Both the position numbers and the translations under genes were made by a program. From positions 1 to 64,000 of the forward strand of contig CAVUHW010000045.1 of assembly GCA_963741205.1 (NCBI GenBank): 64,000 nt of DNA, read 5' to 3'. The DNA is from Nitrospirota bacterium (GTDB lineage Bacteria; Nitrospirota; UBA9217). The notes below the pieces were generated by a model. It made no database searches and was not told where the DNA came from. It saw only the letters and a list, made by a program, of their open reading frames with translations. Below, one piece after another: positions 10,051 to 21,878 of the stretch (position 1 is the stretch's first letter; every line of letters starts with the position of its first letter).

Positions 10051-11578
10051 ATGATGAGAAGAGCATGGATGGAGAAAACGGTTCTTGCGGCTGTGATGAT
10101 CGTCAGCATGGCGCTGCCGGGTTGGGCGGAATCGCCCAAGATGAAGATGAGCACGACATCCCGCCGGGCATCGGCTCGCCGGACAAGGTGGAGACCCGCC
10201 TGGGTACGCTCAAGTTCTTTGACGGCTTTCCGGACAAGGCTACCGTCGAGAAGCTCTACGACAACCTCGACTTCCAGCGCGCCGTGCAGGCCTATCTTCT
10301 GGCGCTGCCGCCGGTGAGCCAGGTGGCCAATCGCAAGGCGATCCTCGAGGCTGGGGCCGGCCAACACGACCGTGCCGATCTTCGAGACAACTGATGGACT
10401 CGCGGTCGATTTTCCTGACCGCGAACAACAACACCGCGTACAGCTGGATGTGGCTCGATCTGCGCAACGGTCCGCTGGTCGTCGAGGTTCCGCCGAAGGT
10501 CCTCGGGGTGATCGACGACATGTGGTATCACTGGGTCGCCGATATCGGCATCACGGGGCCGGACAAGGGCCAGGGCGGCAAGTACCTGCTGCTGCCGCCC
10601 GGTTACAAGGGCGAGGTCCGGATGGCTACTTCATCGTGCGGTCGCCGACGTTCAGCATCTGGATCCCCTGGCGCAGTTTCCTGGTCGAACGGCGACCCGA
10701 AGCCGGGCGTGGACCTCGTCAAGAAGTCCACGAAGATCTATCCGCTGTCCAGGCGGCCAATCCGCCGAAGCATGAAATTCGTCGACGTTTCCGGGCAAGG
10801 CAGTTCAACACGGTCGCCCCGGCGGATTACTCGTTCTGGGAGTATCTCAACCAGGTCGTACAGGAGGAGCCGACCGAGTCGCTAGACCCGGTCACGCTGG
10901 GCTTCTATGCGTCGATCGGCATTCAGAAGGGCAAGCCATTCGCTCCCGATGCGCGGATGAAGAAGATCCTGACCGAGGCGGCAGCGGTGGGCGACGCGAC
11001 GGCCCGCGCCATCGCGTACCGCATTCGCGGAGCAAGGAAGATTACTACTACCGCACGAACAGCGCTTGGCGCCTGCCGTTCGTTGGCGGCTACAAGTTCG
11101 AGGATCAGCCGGTGCGCGTCATTCTGGACGGTTACTCATGTTCTACTTCTACGCCACCGGCGTAACGCCGGCGATGGAAGCGAAGATGGTCGGGCGAGGG
11201 TCGCAATATGCCTGGCGGCTTCGTCGACTGCCAAAGGCAATCCGCTGGACGGCGGCAAGAACTACAGGCTGCACCTGCCGCCCAATGTCCCGGTGCAAGG
11301 ACTTCTGGTCGGTCATCCTCTACAACAACCAGACCCGCTCGATGCTCCAGACCGACCAGCAGTGCCCGAGCGTGAGCAGCCAGACCAAGGGACTCCTGGT
11401 CAATGCGGACGGTTCGGTCGACGTCTAGTTCGGCCCGAAGGCGCCGCCCGGCAAGGAGAAGAACTGGGTGCAGACCGTCCCCGGCAAGGGCTGGAACACG
11501 ATTCTGCGCCTCTATGGCCCGCTGCAGCCATGGTTCGACAAGACCTGGCGGCCGGGCGAGATCGAGTTGGTTAAATAG
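10051..11578 (+). CDS. Secreted DUF1254/DUF1214 protein (frameshifts; in-frame TAG at 11426)
   Basis: ETRLGTLKFFDGFP, TANNNTAY, GPDKGQGGKYLLLPPGY, FWSVILY, NADGSVDV.FGP, LRLYGP. Confidence 0.85.
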
Positions 11579-11723
11579 GAGAACAAACAGCTAAAAAACA
11601 TCCGGTTTTAGCAGCCGATCCTCATGTTCGACTGCTGAACCGGATATAAACTTCAACTTGAAATTGATAATGGATCAAGTGCCTATCGAGTGGGTAAAAA
11701 TGAGGGTAATAACTCATAGAACC

Positions 11724-12118
11724 CGCTCTACATCAGTGTTTTTTGCTTGTAAAGGATGAGAAAAATGTGATATGAATCGGGCATGCAGAAAAACAGACGG
11801 CTCACCGATGCATATCACTTTCCTCAATTCAAACCCCATCAGTCGCTGTCCGGAATCTTTGGTGATCCCAAAGCCCGGGTGATCAAGTTTACTCGACGGG
11901 GGAAAAAACTATATGCGGTGCCTGCGGTAAATCGCATCGATCGATTTATGACCGCAAGGTCAGGTTGGTTCGTAACCTGTCCAGCGGAGACAACCGCATT
12001 TATCTGGAACTGGAAATCCGGCGTCTTCTTCTGCCGGAGGTGCGGCAAGGTGAAACAGGAGAAGCTTATCATTCCTTGCTGACAACCCATTTTATAGTAA
12101 GCGCTTTGCCTTCTTACG
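11724..12118 (+). mobile_element. Truncated ISL3-family element (5' part only)
   Basis: Short ORF (GIFGDPKARVI..RRGKK) then, in another frame, CGACG..YDRKVRLVRNL..IYLELEIRR..CRRCGKVKQEKL zinc finger typical of ISL3 transposases; catalytic part absent. Confidence 0.75.
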
Positions 12119-12267
12119 GTAATTCAGCGTCGAGCCTATGGTTTACGAGATTAAGAATATCTTCGTCTCAAGGTCTTGACCTGCATGCTTCCTGAACTCT
12201 GACGTAAAACAACTAAAAAGGACCCACTCAGAAAGCACTTGACCCTTAATAATAATTGCTATCCTCC

Positions 12268-12416
12268 AAACTCACACCTTGTAGGTGACGCTGATAAATA
12301 TTAGGATGCCGAAGATTAATAAATTCCAGTCGAAACTTTCATCGCGCCCTCCATCCTGAAGTTCTCGCCCGCCGATATCGTTCGAACTCTCAACTTCATC
12401 TCGAATTTGTTAAACT
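12268..12416 (+). repeat. Island intergenic repeat copy with CACCT-N3-AGGTG palindrome
   Basis: Closely similar to 17374-17520. Confidence 0.85.
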
Positions 12417-12513
12417 AAAAACGTGAGGTTCACGGTTGCCCCCCCGGCGTGTCGGAAGATCAGAAAGGGGGGCGTCGCAGCCCTTATCATTCGTGGAGTA
12501 ACGCTTCTGTTTC

Positions 12514-13835
12514 TTACTTCCCCTTCGCGTCTGTCGCAGGATAGTATGTTACATGCGGATTATCTCCGCTCTGCTTACTCGTATGACAGACGCTGCAATT
12601 TCCGATTGAAGCGGGGGCATGCTGCAGATTCGAAGGCTGCAGGTTGTCGACCCAAAGCTTCGAGGGCCACCAGGCATGAGGACTGTTATGGCAGGCCGCG
12701 CAGTAGATGCCACCGTGACCCTTTGCATGACGGTAGAGATCCCCGCCGGTCGAGTAATTGTTTCCGTGACACTGCTCGCAATTCGGTTCCGTGATCCATG
12801 GATTCCTGTCGGGATTTCCCATTGCTGTGATGCCGCCATGGCACAATCCGGTCTGGCAGGAAGGAATATACCCCAGGTACCCCATCCCCCCAATGCCGGT
12901 CCTCAGGCATTGGGTTCCCTCCTGGATGGCAGGAATAACACGTGGCATCCGGAGCGCGATCAACCCCATTATGCCAGCCGTGCATCGCCAGGGAGACGGA
13001 CTTGACACCGGGCAGACCTGGAGCGCCCAAGGCATTGCTGGAGTGACACTTTGCGCATAAAACAGGCTGCTTGCCAACCAGGTTCGGACCGGTCGATGTC
13101 ACGCCGTTCTCTCCATTGTAGTAGTCATGGACCATCAGGATGTTCAGGTCCGTGTCCATGGTCCCGTTCATTCCTGTCGACGGATCAGTCGGAAGGTTGA
13201 CTGTGCCGTCCATGCCTTGCATGTGACATAGGGCGCAGTTGATCTCGTCGGAGACAGGAAGGACGACTGTCGTTTTTCTCGGATTCCCCCCGGCGTCCGT
13301 CCTCAGTTTAACGACCGCGGTCTGAAAGGGGTTCCAATTCATGCTGTCGTCATAGGGCAGCACTGGGATCCCCGTTGCTTCGAAGTGGTCGTTGACGAGC
13401 TTCATTTTTCCTGATAGACCGTTACCCGTCAGCCCGATCCCTTCCGGAAGATTGACGCCGAAGAGCTGCTGCACGTACAGCCAGAAATCCGTTTTCCCGT
13501 TTACCTTTGAGTTGTTGACGATTGAATATTCCAGCGTGATTCCCGACGTAACGACCATGGGCGGGTCGCCCCCTCTTGATGACCTGAACCCACAGGTTAT
13601 TGTACGGGGGAAGAAGCGCCAGCGTCTTGTAGCTCGGGTTGATGCAGTGCATCCCGAGGTCGTTCCAGCCGATCACGACGTAGTCGTCGCCCTTAAGCTG
13701 CGGCGCTGCGAGGAGGTCGCTCGCTGTCGGGAAAAGACCTGATCCGATGATGAGCAGCATCAGCAATCCCCGCTTCGCGAGAGACCCGGCAGAAGGCCTC
13801 AGTCGTGTCCAAACATTCCTCGTGATTTTTTTCAT
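12514..13835 (-). CDS. Secreted multiheme cytochrome c (about 7 hemes), frameshifted
   Basis: Signal peptide; VIGWNDLGMHC; CALCH, CAKCH, CYSCH, CQTGLCH, CEQCH, CAACH, CSVCH. Confidence 0.85.
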
Positions 13836-13894
13836 GATGTTTTCTCCGTGAGGCTGAATTGTTTCCCCCGGACAGCAGAAGGAAGCACTTGCAA

Positions 13895-13926
13895 AAGGAA
13901 AGGGGGGGCCTTGCGGCCCCCCCTCC
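13895..13926 (-). terminator. Hairpin between the oxidase and cytochrome genes
   Basis: GGGGGGGCC-TTGC-GGCCCCCCC followed by a T-rich tail on the minus strand. Confidence 0.55.
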
Positions 13927-13956
13927 GTGGAACTGCGTATCTGTAATACGGAGCGG

Positions 13957-16111
13957 CTACGGCTGGACCGCATAGGGCCGCATCATCTCGTTGTCCTCAT
14001 GGTCCAGGATGTGGCAGTGCCAAACGTAGCCCGGGGCCAGACGTAGGATCGAACGTGTACAGGTTATCTCCGGCGGCAACGCCTCCGACGGGGGTGTCAA
14101 TCGGGGCCCAGCGCACAATGATCCTGGTCACCTCGCCGGGGAGCATGACAAACGTGTCCTTCCACCCCGCTCTATTGGGCTCCGGGGGTACGGGTTTACC
14201 CTTCAGGTACGGGTCCACCCAAATGTTTCCACCCACAATGTTGCTGCCGGTCGGGATGGTAGGATTGCTGCTGTTGGAGTAATTGAATGGCGTAGCCGTC
14301 TCCCGGATTGAAGCCGCCCTGGAAGGCCGCTTCCCAGTCCTTGCTGTAGGCGCCGGCCTGATAGGGCTGGGTGTTTATGGCCTGGAACTGGATCAGATGG
14401 ATGTGGATCGGATGGGCGTCGGCCGTGGTGTTGATGATCTCCCACTCCTCGGTCGAGCCTTGACGCGGGAAGCTCCGTGACATACGTATCGCTCACGAGC
14501 GTGCTGTCCGCGAGGGGCGTGGGGCTCGCCGCTCGTGAGGTGCTCTCCTTGAGGCCGGTCCACCGGCTGTTATTCAGCAGCACCTCGATCGGCCCACCGG
14601 GGCCCTCGATCTCCTTCAGCACGAGCTGCCTTTTCTTGTCCACGAAGACTCCCGGGGCGATATCGCCGTTTTGGGCCAGCCGGACGATGGGATTCGTGCC
14701 GCGGAGGTTGCAGCTATTGATCGCTGCGGGTTGCAGGTCGAATCCGTCACCGCAGCCGAACTCACGCGGAACTGCATGATCTGCCCGACAGTCTGCGGAT
14801 CAGCCGGGGCGCCCGAGGGGAACGGGGCCTTGGCATCGTTGTCCAGGATGAGCGTCTTGTCCCGCAAAGCCGGAGAAATCCACGATGACATCGGCCCGCT
14901 CGGCCGGCGCCAAAAAGAGCCGGTTCGGCAGGGCGATCGCTACGGGCGCGTCGAGGAAGCCCCCGTCGGTACCGATCTGCCAGATCGTAGGGCCAGCCTT
15001 CGGTGTTTTCGAGGTGTCGCGGATCGCGAGGTCGATCATCCTGGCATTGGAGGCGTTCAGGATCCGGAAACGATACCGGCGCGGCTCGACGTTGCAGGAA
15101 CGGCCAGCTCTTGCCGTTCACGACTATCACGTCGCCGAAGAACTCGGGGCTCCAGAAGGGATGGATGTCGGGGTTCGTCGGTGGCCCGTTGAACCCTGAG
15201 GGGGCGCCGTCCGGGAAGAGCAGTTGCCCGTTAGTATCGAACTGGCGGTCCTGGATAAGGAACTCAATCTCGTTCGCTCCGCCAGGAAGACCGATGTCGT
15301 TTGCCGGGAGGCCCGTGTCTCTACTGTCACGGAGAAGATAAAACCCCGCAAGCCCGCTGTATACATTGAGGCGGGTAGAGCCAAGGGCGTGGTCATGGAA
15401 CCAGAGCGTCGTGGCATCCTGGGTGTTCGGATACTGGTACACTGCCTCATTTAGGGGAACCGGGAAAAGCGAAGCATACGCAAAGCCGTGGAGACCGTTG
15501 GGCGTGAACCACTGCTCGGGGACGCCGTCAAAGAACGAGGGCACCTCCGCGCCGTGCAGGTGCACGACCGCGGGCACCGGCCCTGTGAAGGGCTGGAAGC
15601 AGCCGGCTGCAATCTGATCGGCGGTTGTCATGAACATGCACATGAGGTTAAGCGGATCAGCCCAGTGAATGGTCTGGTCCACCGTAAGATACTTCTGGAG
15701 CACGGGTGGGCTTCCACCCGGCCCCACAAGGTTGTTGATATAGGTTACCGTAGTCGGACTTCCTCTCTGCGCCTCGACGGTGCGGGCGGGATAGGAAGGG
15801 CCGGCGCTGTTCACATTGTAGCCCCATACGTAGGTGCCCGCGTTGAACGGAGCAGACAGAGTGGCGTAAAAACTCGCAGGAAGAACTTGCTGCTGGAACT
15901 CTTCCATTGACACGGTTAGGCTTGCACCCGAGGCCCTGATTCCCGCAAATGTGGGAAGGGGCTCAACGTATTTCGGGATATTCTTTCCCGGAAGCGCTGT
16001 CTGGGCTGTCTGCACGCTCGCAATCGCAAGATTGAGACTGAAACCGAGCAAGATGACAATCCCGCCCATCATGACTACTAGACCTGTTTTTTTCATTTCT
16101 TCCTCCGTCAT
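13957..16111 (-). CDS. Secreted multicopper oxidase (CotA/bilirubin oxidase-like), frameshifted
   Basis: Cu ligands [33 protein letters not shown]; signal peptide. Confidence 0.9.
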
Positions 16112-16576
16112 AAAAAATTACATTATACATCGTCTAAAAACTCGGCTCTCCTTCCGGCTGCAATGAGCGTTCCCGCTCAACCGCAATCTCTCATCCTGAA
16201 TTCTCTGGTTCACCTCCTTAGCTGTCGATGACATAGATACGGACCGGAAGATAGGTGATCCGGTTCACAGAGTAACGATTTCGTGCAGATTTTACGCTTC
16301 GCACCTTGCAGGATCACACGTGATTAGCTTCATTAAATATAAAGCTAACGCGGCAGCATCAGATTTCAATGAGTAAAAATACCCATTTATAAAAAAAGAG
16401 TGAAAAGAAATTTAATTTGTTTTTCCCCATTGTAAGAACCTAGCAATTTGATAGCCAATCATTAATGAGGGATTTGTCGTGATTCCATGTATTGATAGCC
16501 CGGAAGGCCTCGTCCGATATGGATCGGATGGGCATCTGCGATGATTTGCGTTTAACTTCAGAAAAAGCGAAATTAT

Positions 16577-17206
16577 ATGGTCACCCTTTTGTCGTGTTTC
16601 ATTCATTTCCACATAGAATTTGAGTCTAACGCGCTTATATTGATAGCCAATACTCTTGTTGCATGCGGCGCCACAGCCAAAGGAATAACGAGGATGAGCC
16701 GAAGCGAGAGAACCGATGTGTTCACGGAAGTGTCGGGAGAAGGGCCACTACCAGAGGGGTATGCTGATATCGTCATCAGAGCGTCTCTCAAGACGCAGCT
16801 AGAGGGGTATTACCCTATTGAAGCGAAAAGGTCCTCAAGCGGCAAGCCCGAATACCCTTTCCTGTTAAACATAGACGGGCAGGCGGCTCTATGGAAAGTG
16901 AAAGGACTGATACATCAACTCCCAGAGAATGTTAACGGTAAAACAAACCCCGATCCTGAGGCAGGCGAAGGAATGAGATACATGCTTGAAAAGAAAGTCC
17001 GCGTTGCCGCAGGTGCTCACAAGGTGTTTTTCGGGCTGCCTGGAGAACCGTATCATGCAACAACGGAGCTTCGTACGGAGAGCGGAGAATCATATATACT
17101 AGAGTTCAAACCACAATACCGGCATAAAACAATACCAACACGAATTCCCACATCTTTACGGGGTATTGATAACTATGAGGTTATGTTTACAATTCAAAAA
17201 CGCTGA
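16577..17206 (+). CDS. Hypothetical protein, possibly a lipoprotein
   Basis: 209-aa ORF with LVAC lipobox-like motif; start uncertain. Confidence 0.55.
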   Translation: MVTLLSCFIHFHIEFESNALILIANTLVACGATAKGITRMSRSERTDVFTEVSGEGPLPEGYADIVIRASLKTQLEGYYPIEAKRSSSGKPEYPFLLNIDGQAALWKVKGLIHQLPENVNGKTNPDPEAGEGMRYMLEKKVRVAAGAHKVFFGLPGEPYHATTELRTESGESYILEFKPQYRHKTIPTRIPTSLRGIDNYEVMFTIQKR

Positions 17207-17373
17207 CAGCTAATTGACAGTTAAGTCAGTCCCGTACATGGGTGATAAATAAATTGCAGACTTTAGCGATATGGATTATTTCCATTGCCTAGTTCTACTA
17301 TCTCGGAGGTGCCATGCCGGATTCCATCATGTTAAGTATTACAACTGGAAATTGATAGTATTTGTTGCCAACC

Positions 17374-17660
17374 AAATTCACACCTTGTAGGTGACGCTGA
17401 TAAATCTAAGGATGCTGAATATTAATAAATTCCAGTCGAAACTATCATCGCGCCCTCCATCCTGAAAGTCGCAACCATATCGTTTATCAATATTGCACAC
17501 TTCCCACCGAAATTGTTAATCCCACTACGATAAATCTCACGCTTCCTGGCATCGATGCTTGCTGCGGACCTCAATGCTGATGGTTATTCTTGCAAGTCTT
17601 TCTCAATTACCCTCAAGGGGAAAGTTTACCCAATTTCACTAGATTTTGGTATTATAAATT
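17374..17660 (+). repeat. Island intergenic repeat, longest copy
   Basis: Palindrome 17381-17393, GAAAC 17438, CATCCT 17458, CACTTC 34 nt later, TTTTGGTATTATAAA 17644; left half matches the 12.3 kb copy, right half the 2.6-2.76 kb copy. Confidence 0.85.
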
Positions 17661-17931
17661 GATTTCGTGGACAAGCTGAAAAATTGAATTTTCCCCATGA
17701 TTCTGGTCTGAGGAATATAGTCTTACCGCTGATGGGGAACATCTCTCCCGGGGGCGGATCTTTGAACTTTGAAATTTCACGGGATGAGCGCAGCCTTGAT
17801 AACGTCCGCTCTAATCAGTGATGCGGAGCAAACTAGTAACAAACAGGAAGAACGGTTCAGGGCTGGGCTATCATTAGGACAAAGCGCAGGCGTTTCGCTG
17901 AATTCTTCAAGGGATAAGGGAGTATCCGTTT

Positions 17932-19869
17932 ATGAAAAAAAGCCTCAAGAGTAAACTGATAGCCAGCTTCGGTTTTTGTATAGTCCTGATCGCAATGATC
18001 GTTGGACTTAACTATTCATCCTTGCAGAAACTTCAAAAACTCTATAACAAGGCGGTGCAAAGCACCGTGAACATGGAAGTGGCTACTGATGCCCAGCACA
18101 TCGGCGAAGACTTATACATGCTCATTGCCAATGCTGTTATCAACCGCGATTTGGCTAAAATGGAGAAGGATTGGGCCTCAGGAAAGAAAGAAGGTTTGGC
18201 GAAGCTCACGAAAGTAGCTGATGCAGCCGATACTCCGGTAGAGCTCGAAAATGTTAGAAAGGCACAGGAAGCAGTCGATGACATAATACTCATCTTCGAA
18301 CAAAAAATGGTCCCGCTTATGAAGAAGGAACCGGGAGTATCCAGGGCGTTAATCGACCTGGATGCCCGAATCGACAATAAGATAACAACCATCAACGTTG
18401 CCATGCAGAAGGTAGCGCAGTCCATGTCTGATGAAAATCAGAAAGCGGCCAAAGAATTTCATGAAGTCCTTACAAATGCTACTGAATCCACACTTGTCCT
18501 TTTACTGATCGGGATACTGTCCGTAATCGTTATATCCACATTGATAACCCGATGGATCGTCCATCCCCTTGCGGAAGTTACCCGGGCTGCGACGGAGATG
18601 GAAAAAGGAAACTACCTCGTTGAGGTGAAGCACCAATCGATGGATGAAACCGGAATACTTGCCAGCGCCTTCAGAAGTATGTCGGAACAAGTGAAAAAAC
18701 GGACAGTCGAACTGGAGAATGCGAACGAACGCCTCCTGGTTGAGATCAGCGAGCGCAAGCTGGCTGAGGAGAAACTGCGTGAAAGCGAGTTGCGGTACCG
18801 CAGTCTCGTGGAGGATTCTCCCGATGCCATCGTCATCCACGATGGTTGGAAATATTTATTTGCCAACAGAGCCGCTGCGTCCATGCTGGGCGCGAGGAAC
18901 GCTAAAGATATTGTGGGTCGCGATGTTTATTCCACCATTCACCCCGACTATCAAAATATCGTCAGGGAACGAATCGATATGATCAGCAGCCAGGGGGTTA
19001 CATCTCCCCTGCGTGAGATCAAGATGTTGCGCCTTGACGGTCCGGCGTTCGATGCCGAGACCACAGGGGCCTCTGTTATCCTGGAGGGTATGCGGGTGTT
19101 CCAAATAATCATCCACGATATTTCGGCACGCAAAAAGGCGGACGTGGAAATCTTGGAACTCGGCAGGGAACTGGAAGTCTATGCAGCGCAGCTAGAAGAT
19201 ACCAACAAGGAGCTGGAGGCCTTTGTCTACTCCGTTTCTCACGATCTGCGGGCGCCTCTTCGGACCATATCGGGTTTCGCCAAAATACTAAAAGAGGATT
19301 ACGCGGAAAAGATTGACACCCAGGGAAAGGATTATGTTGAACGCGTCTGGAACGGATCCGAACGCATGATCCGGCTTATCGAAGATCTTCTGCGGCTTTC
19401 GAAGATTACGCGGCAGGAAATCGACCGTATGGATTTCGATCTCGGCAAGTTGGCCGAAAGCGTTGTCGATAACATACGTCGGACTTCGCCGGGACAGAGT
19501 GTTGAGGTTGTGTTACCCCGTGGTCTGCGGGCATTCGTAGACCCAAATTTGATAAGAATCGCTTTTGAGAACCTGTTCGAGAACGCCTGGAAATTTTCAT
19601 CAAAAAAGGAAAACGCCAGGATCGAGTTCGGGACTCTGGAGCAAGATGGAAAGACGGTATTCTTCATCAGAGACAACGGCACAGGATTTGACAAGACGTA
19701 TGCAAATAAATTGTTTAAGCCTTTCCATCGGCTGCATAAGGACACGGAATTTCCGGGTACCGGCATCGGCCTCTCGATCGTCCAGCGGATCATTCACCGT
19801 CATGGCGGAACGATTTGGGCAGAAGGAGAAGTGGGTGAGGGCGCGATATTTTATTTTACTCTGGGATAA
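17932..19869 (+). CDS. Membrane sensor histidine kinase (HAMP-PAS-HisKA-HATPase)
   Basis: Two TM segments, HAMP, PAS, SVSHDLRAPL H-box, NLFENAWKF, DNGTGF, GTGIGL. Confidence 0.95.
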   Translation: MKKSLKSKLIASFGFCIVLIAMIVGLNYSSLQKLQKLYNKAVQSTVNMEVATDAQHIGEDLYMLIANAVINRDLAKMEKDWASGKKEGLAKLTKVADAADTPVELENVRKAQEAVDDIILIFEQKMVPLMKKEPGVSRALIDLDARIDNKITTINVAMQKVAQSMSDENQKAAKEFHEVLTNATESTLVLLLIGILSVIVISTLITRWIVHPLAEVTRAATEMEKGNYLVEVKHQSMDETGILASAFRSMSEQVKKRTVELENANERLLVEISERKLAEEKLRESELRYRSLVEDSPDAIVIHDGWKYLFANRAAASMLGARNAKDIVGRDVYSTIHPDYQNIVRERIDMISSQGVTSPLREIKMLRLDGPAFDAETTGASVILEGMRVFQIIIHDISARKKADVEILELGRELEVYAAQLEDTNKELEAFVYSVSHDLRAPLRTISGFAKILKEDYAEKIDTQGKDYVERVWNGSERMIRLIEDLLRLSKITRQEIDRMDFDLGKLAESVVDNIRRTSPGQSVEVVLPRGLRAFVDPNLIRIAFENLFENAWKFSSKKENARIEFGTLEQDGKTVFFIRDNGTGFDKTYANKLFKPFHRLHKDTEFPGTGIGLSIVQRIIHRHGGTIWAEGEVGEGAIFYFTLG

Positions 19870-19973
19870 CATTGGGGGACCCAGATGAACGCCCTGACAC
19901 CTGACAGATAGTCGATGAGACAGAAGACAATCGGCCGGTATTTTCTCCTCACAATGCTTTTTCCCAGTGGAAT

Positions 19974-20066
19974 ATGAAGCAATCTACCATACTCATTCTC
20001 GACGACAATGAAGACGTTGTCGTACTGACGAAAGCGATCATTTATAAAATCCGATATGTCGTTTAA
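19974..20066 (+). pseudogene. Truncated response-regulator receiver remnant
   Basis: MKQSTILILDDNEDVVVLTKAII then stop after 30 codons. Confidence 0.5.
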
Positions 20067-20092
20067 ACAATCGACTTCATGTAGAATTGGCA

Positions 20093-20126
20093 CAAAAAAA
20101 AGGGGATGGCTTTTCCAAGCCATCCC
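20093..20126 (-). terminator. Intrinsic terminator of small secreted protein 1
   Basis: GGGGATGGC/GCCATCCCC hairpin with poly-T on the minus strand. Confidence 0.8.
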
Positions 20127-20153
20127 CATATTTACCTTTCCTTCTCCATCCTC

Positions 20154-20516
20154 TCAGTCTACGGCAAATCCCGCTTCCTCATCGAAGAAGAAGAAGTCAC
20201 TTCGAGGGATAAGCGGATTAATCACCGGTTTCACAGGCGGCTTTGGCGCAGTTTTGGGTGCAAAATTAAAACCATTCACGACCCCTGGCCGACCGATACC
20301 AGCAATACCTGCAAACCCCGGCTGACCGATACCACCGACACCCGCGCCTGCAAAGTCTGGCCGACCGATACCCGGATTACCAATGCCTACGCTCGGTGTT
20401 GCATTCGCCGCGAAAGCACTGCTGCTCATAACGAGAGTTACTCCGACAAACAACGCTGCGATGATAAACCCGAACATCATTATGTTTTTCATCGTTTTGG
20501 TTGTCATAACATTCAC
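20154..20516 (-). CDS. Small secreted Gly/Pro-rich protein 1
   Basis: RBS GGAGG, signal peptide ending SSSAFA, GIGxPG repeats; promoter TTGACA-17-TATTCT at 20617-20589. Confidence 0.75.
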   Translation of the reverse strand: MNVMTTKTMKNIMMFGFIIAALFVGVTLVMSSSAFAANATPSVGIGNPGIGRPDFAGAGVGGIGQPGFAGIAGIGRPGVVNGFNFAPKTAPKPPVKPVINPLIPRSDFFFFDEEAGFAVD

Positions 20517-21232
20517 CTCCTTGCAGAACTCAAGGAAGATTTTCGCGAGTAATCAAATAAATTAATCGCTCGGGACCTTCTTAATTCAAGAATACTTCTA
20601 ATCTGTAGTAGTGTCAACGAGTCTATAAACAACGAAACTAATGATACTAAAGTCGGGATCCGATTCGATTATGCGAAGTGATTGAACTGCTTAGAACCTA
20701 TATCAAAATCGATCTTTTCTCGTGATTCGATGAACGTGATGGGTGGTTGGACCGAAACGAGGGGTTGGATCCCGCCGGAATGGTGGCTCGGATTGGGCTG
20801 GAATACACATCATAGGTGCTATCGTTTTCGGAATCTTTATTTTTTTACTAAAGAAGTTTAAACAATAGACCCGCTGTAGACTGCACTTGGAGGTCATCTT
20901 CTGATTTTATCGTCGGCATGTTTCAACCTGGAATTCGTCACTTTTCAAACGAGCGCAGAAACGAAGTAGTATGCGGAGCCGATGCCGGCCGGAAAGCAGA
21001 AGGCTGTTTTATCCTCGTTGAAGTTTGCGGTGAGGACATCATCTTGAAGTTCAGACCAACTTCAAGCTCGCAGTCTGCGTACTTCATGTCGAAAGTAAAA
21101 GAGAGTTTCCGAACCTGGGCTTGGAAATCACAAACACTGGGAAGCAGTTCCTTAACCCTTACTCAAAGCCGAAAAACAATGCTTCGTCGGCATCGATGAC
21201 GACCGGATGGATGAACGGCCCGACGCCTGGTT

Positions 21233-21262
21233 AAAAAAAAAGGCCGCACACTTTGCGGCCTT
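21233..21262 (-). terminator. Intrinsic terminator of small secreted protein 2
   Basis: AAGGCCGCA/TGCGGCCTT hairpin with poly-T on the minus strand. Confidence 0.8.
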
Positions 21263-21321
21263 CCTGCGATTCATGCGAAACCATGCCTGCCTGACACTGG
21301 GGCGCGAGAACTGTCCGAAAA

Positions 21322-21675
21322 CTATCGGACAGGCGGGCCCGCAGGCGGCACTGGGGCTGGCCTTACTGGTACGTTGACGACACCAGGCCTTCCCGGGATG
21401 CTGATGATACCAGGACGGGGAATTGCAACAACACCATTTAAACCAGGTCCGCCTACGCCCTGAACACCATTTAAACCAGGCCTGGCTACAATCGTCCGCT
21501 GTGCAGCGACACCAGCCCCCTGATTCACGACCGCCGTCCGCTGTGCAGCGACACCAGCCCCCTGATTCACGACCGCTGCATTCGCTGGCCTGCTCATCAT
21601 AAACATCTCACCGACCGTTAGAAAAGCCAACAGGACGGCAAGTATAACCTTATTTGTTCCTGAATTCATCAACAT
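21322..21675 (-). CDS. Small secreted Gly/Pro-rich protein 2
   Basis: Signal peptide ending SRPANA; exact 42-bp tandem duplication 21493-21576 (AVVNQGAGVAAQRT x2); promoter TTGACA-18-TATACT. Confidence 0.75.
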   Translation of the reverse strand: MLMNSGTNKVILAVLLAFLTVGEMFMMSRPANAAVVNQGAGVAAQRTAVVNQGAGVAAQRTIVARPGLNGVQGVGGPGLNGVVAIPRPGIISIPGRPGVVNVPVRPAPVPPAGPPVR

Positions 21676-21878
21676 AGTAAATCACTTCCTCTCGTCGGGT
21701 TGCCATGTTGACTATTCTAACTTCGGCCTTACCCGAAAGTTTTCATTTTGTTACTTAATTAAAGTATATGTCTGCCCTATCAGGTGTGTCAAGGGACGGA
21801 AAAGGTATAGAAAATGCAAATCAGTCAAACTCTAGAGACGTCTTCTTTCAGCTCTTGGCCGCGATCAGGTACGTCCTC

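Noticed and set aside
11426-11428. In-frame TAG in the DUF1254/1214 gene as pyrrolysine or readthrough
   Set aside because: The position corresponds to a Tyr in a DVYFGP-like motif (TAC to TAG), no pyl genes are present, and the gene has other errors.
16240-16360. c-di-GMP/cGAMP (GEMM) riboswitch upstream of the oxidase; also considered at 22540-22640 and 59450-59600
   Set aside because: Hairpins are present but I could not match the conserved riboswitch core; cmscan would be needed.
20700-21200. Possible gene between small secreted proteins 1 and 2
   Set aside because: Only short ORFs without a clear RBS or recognisable motif; may be a decayed remnant.
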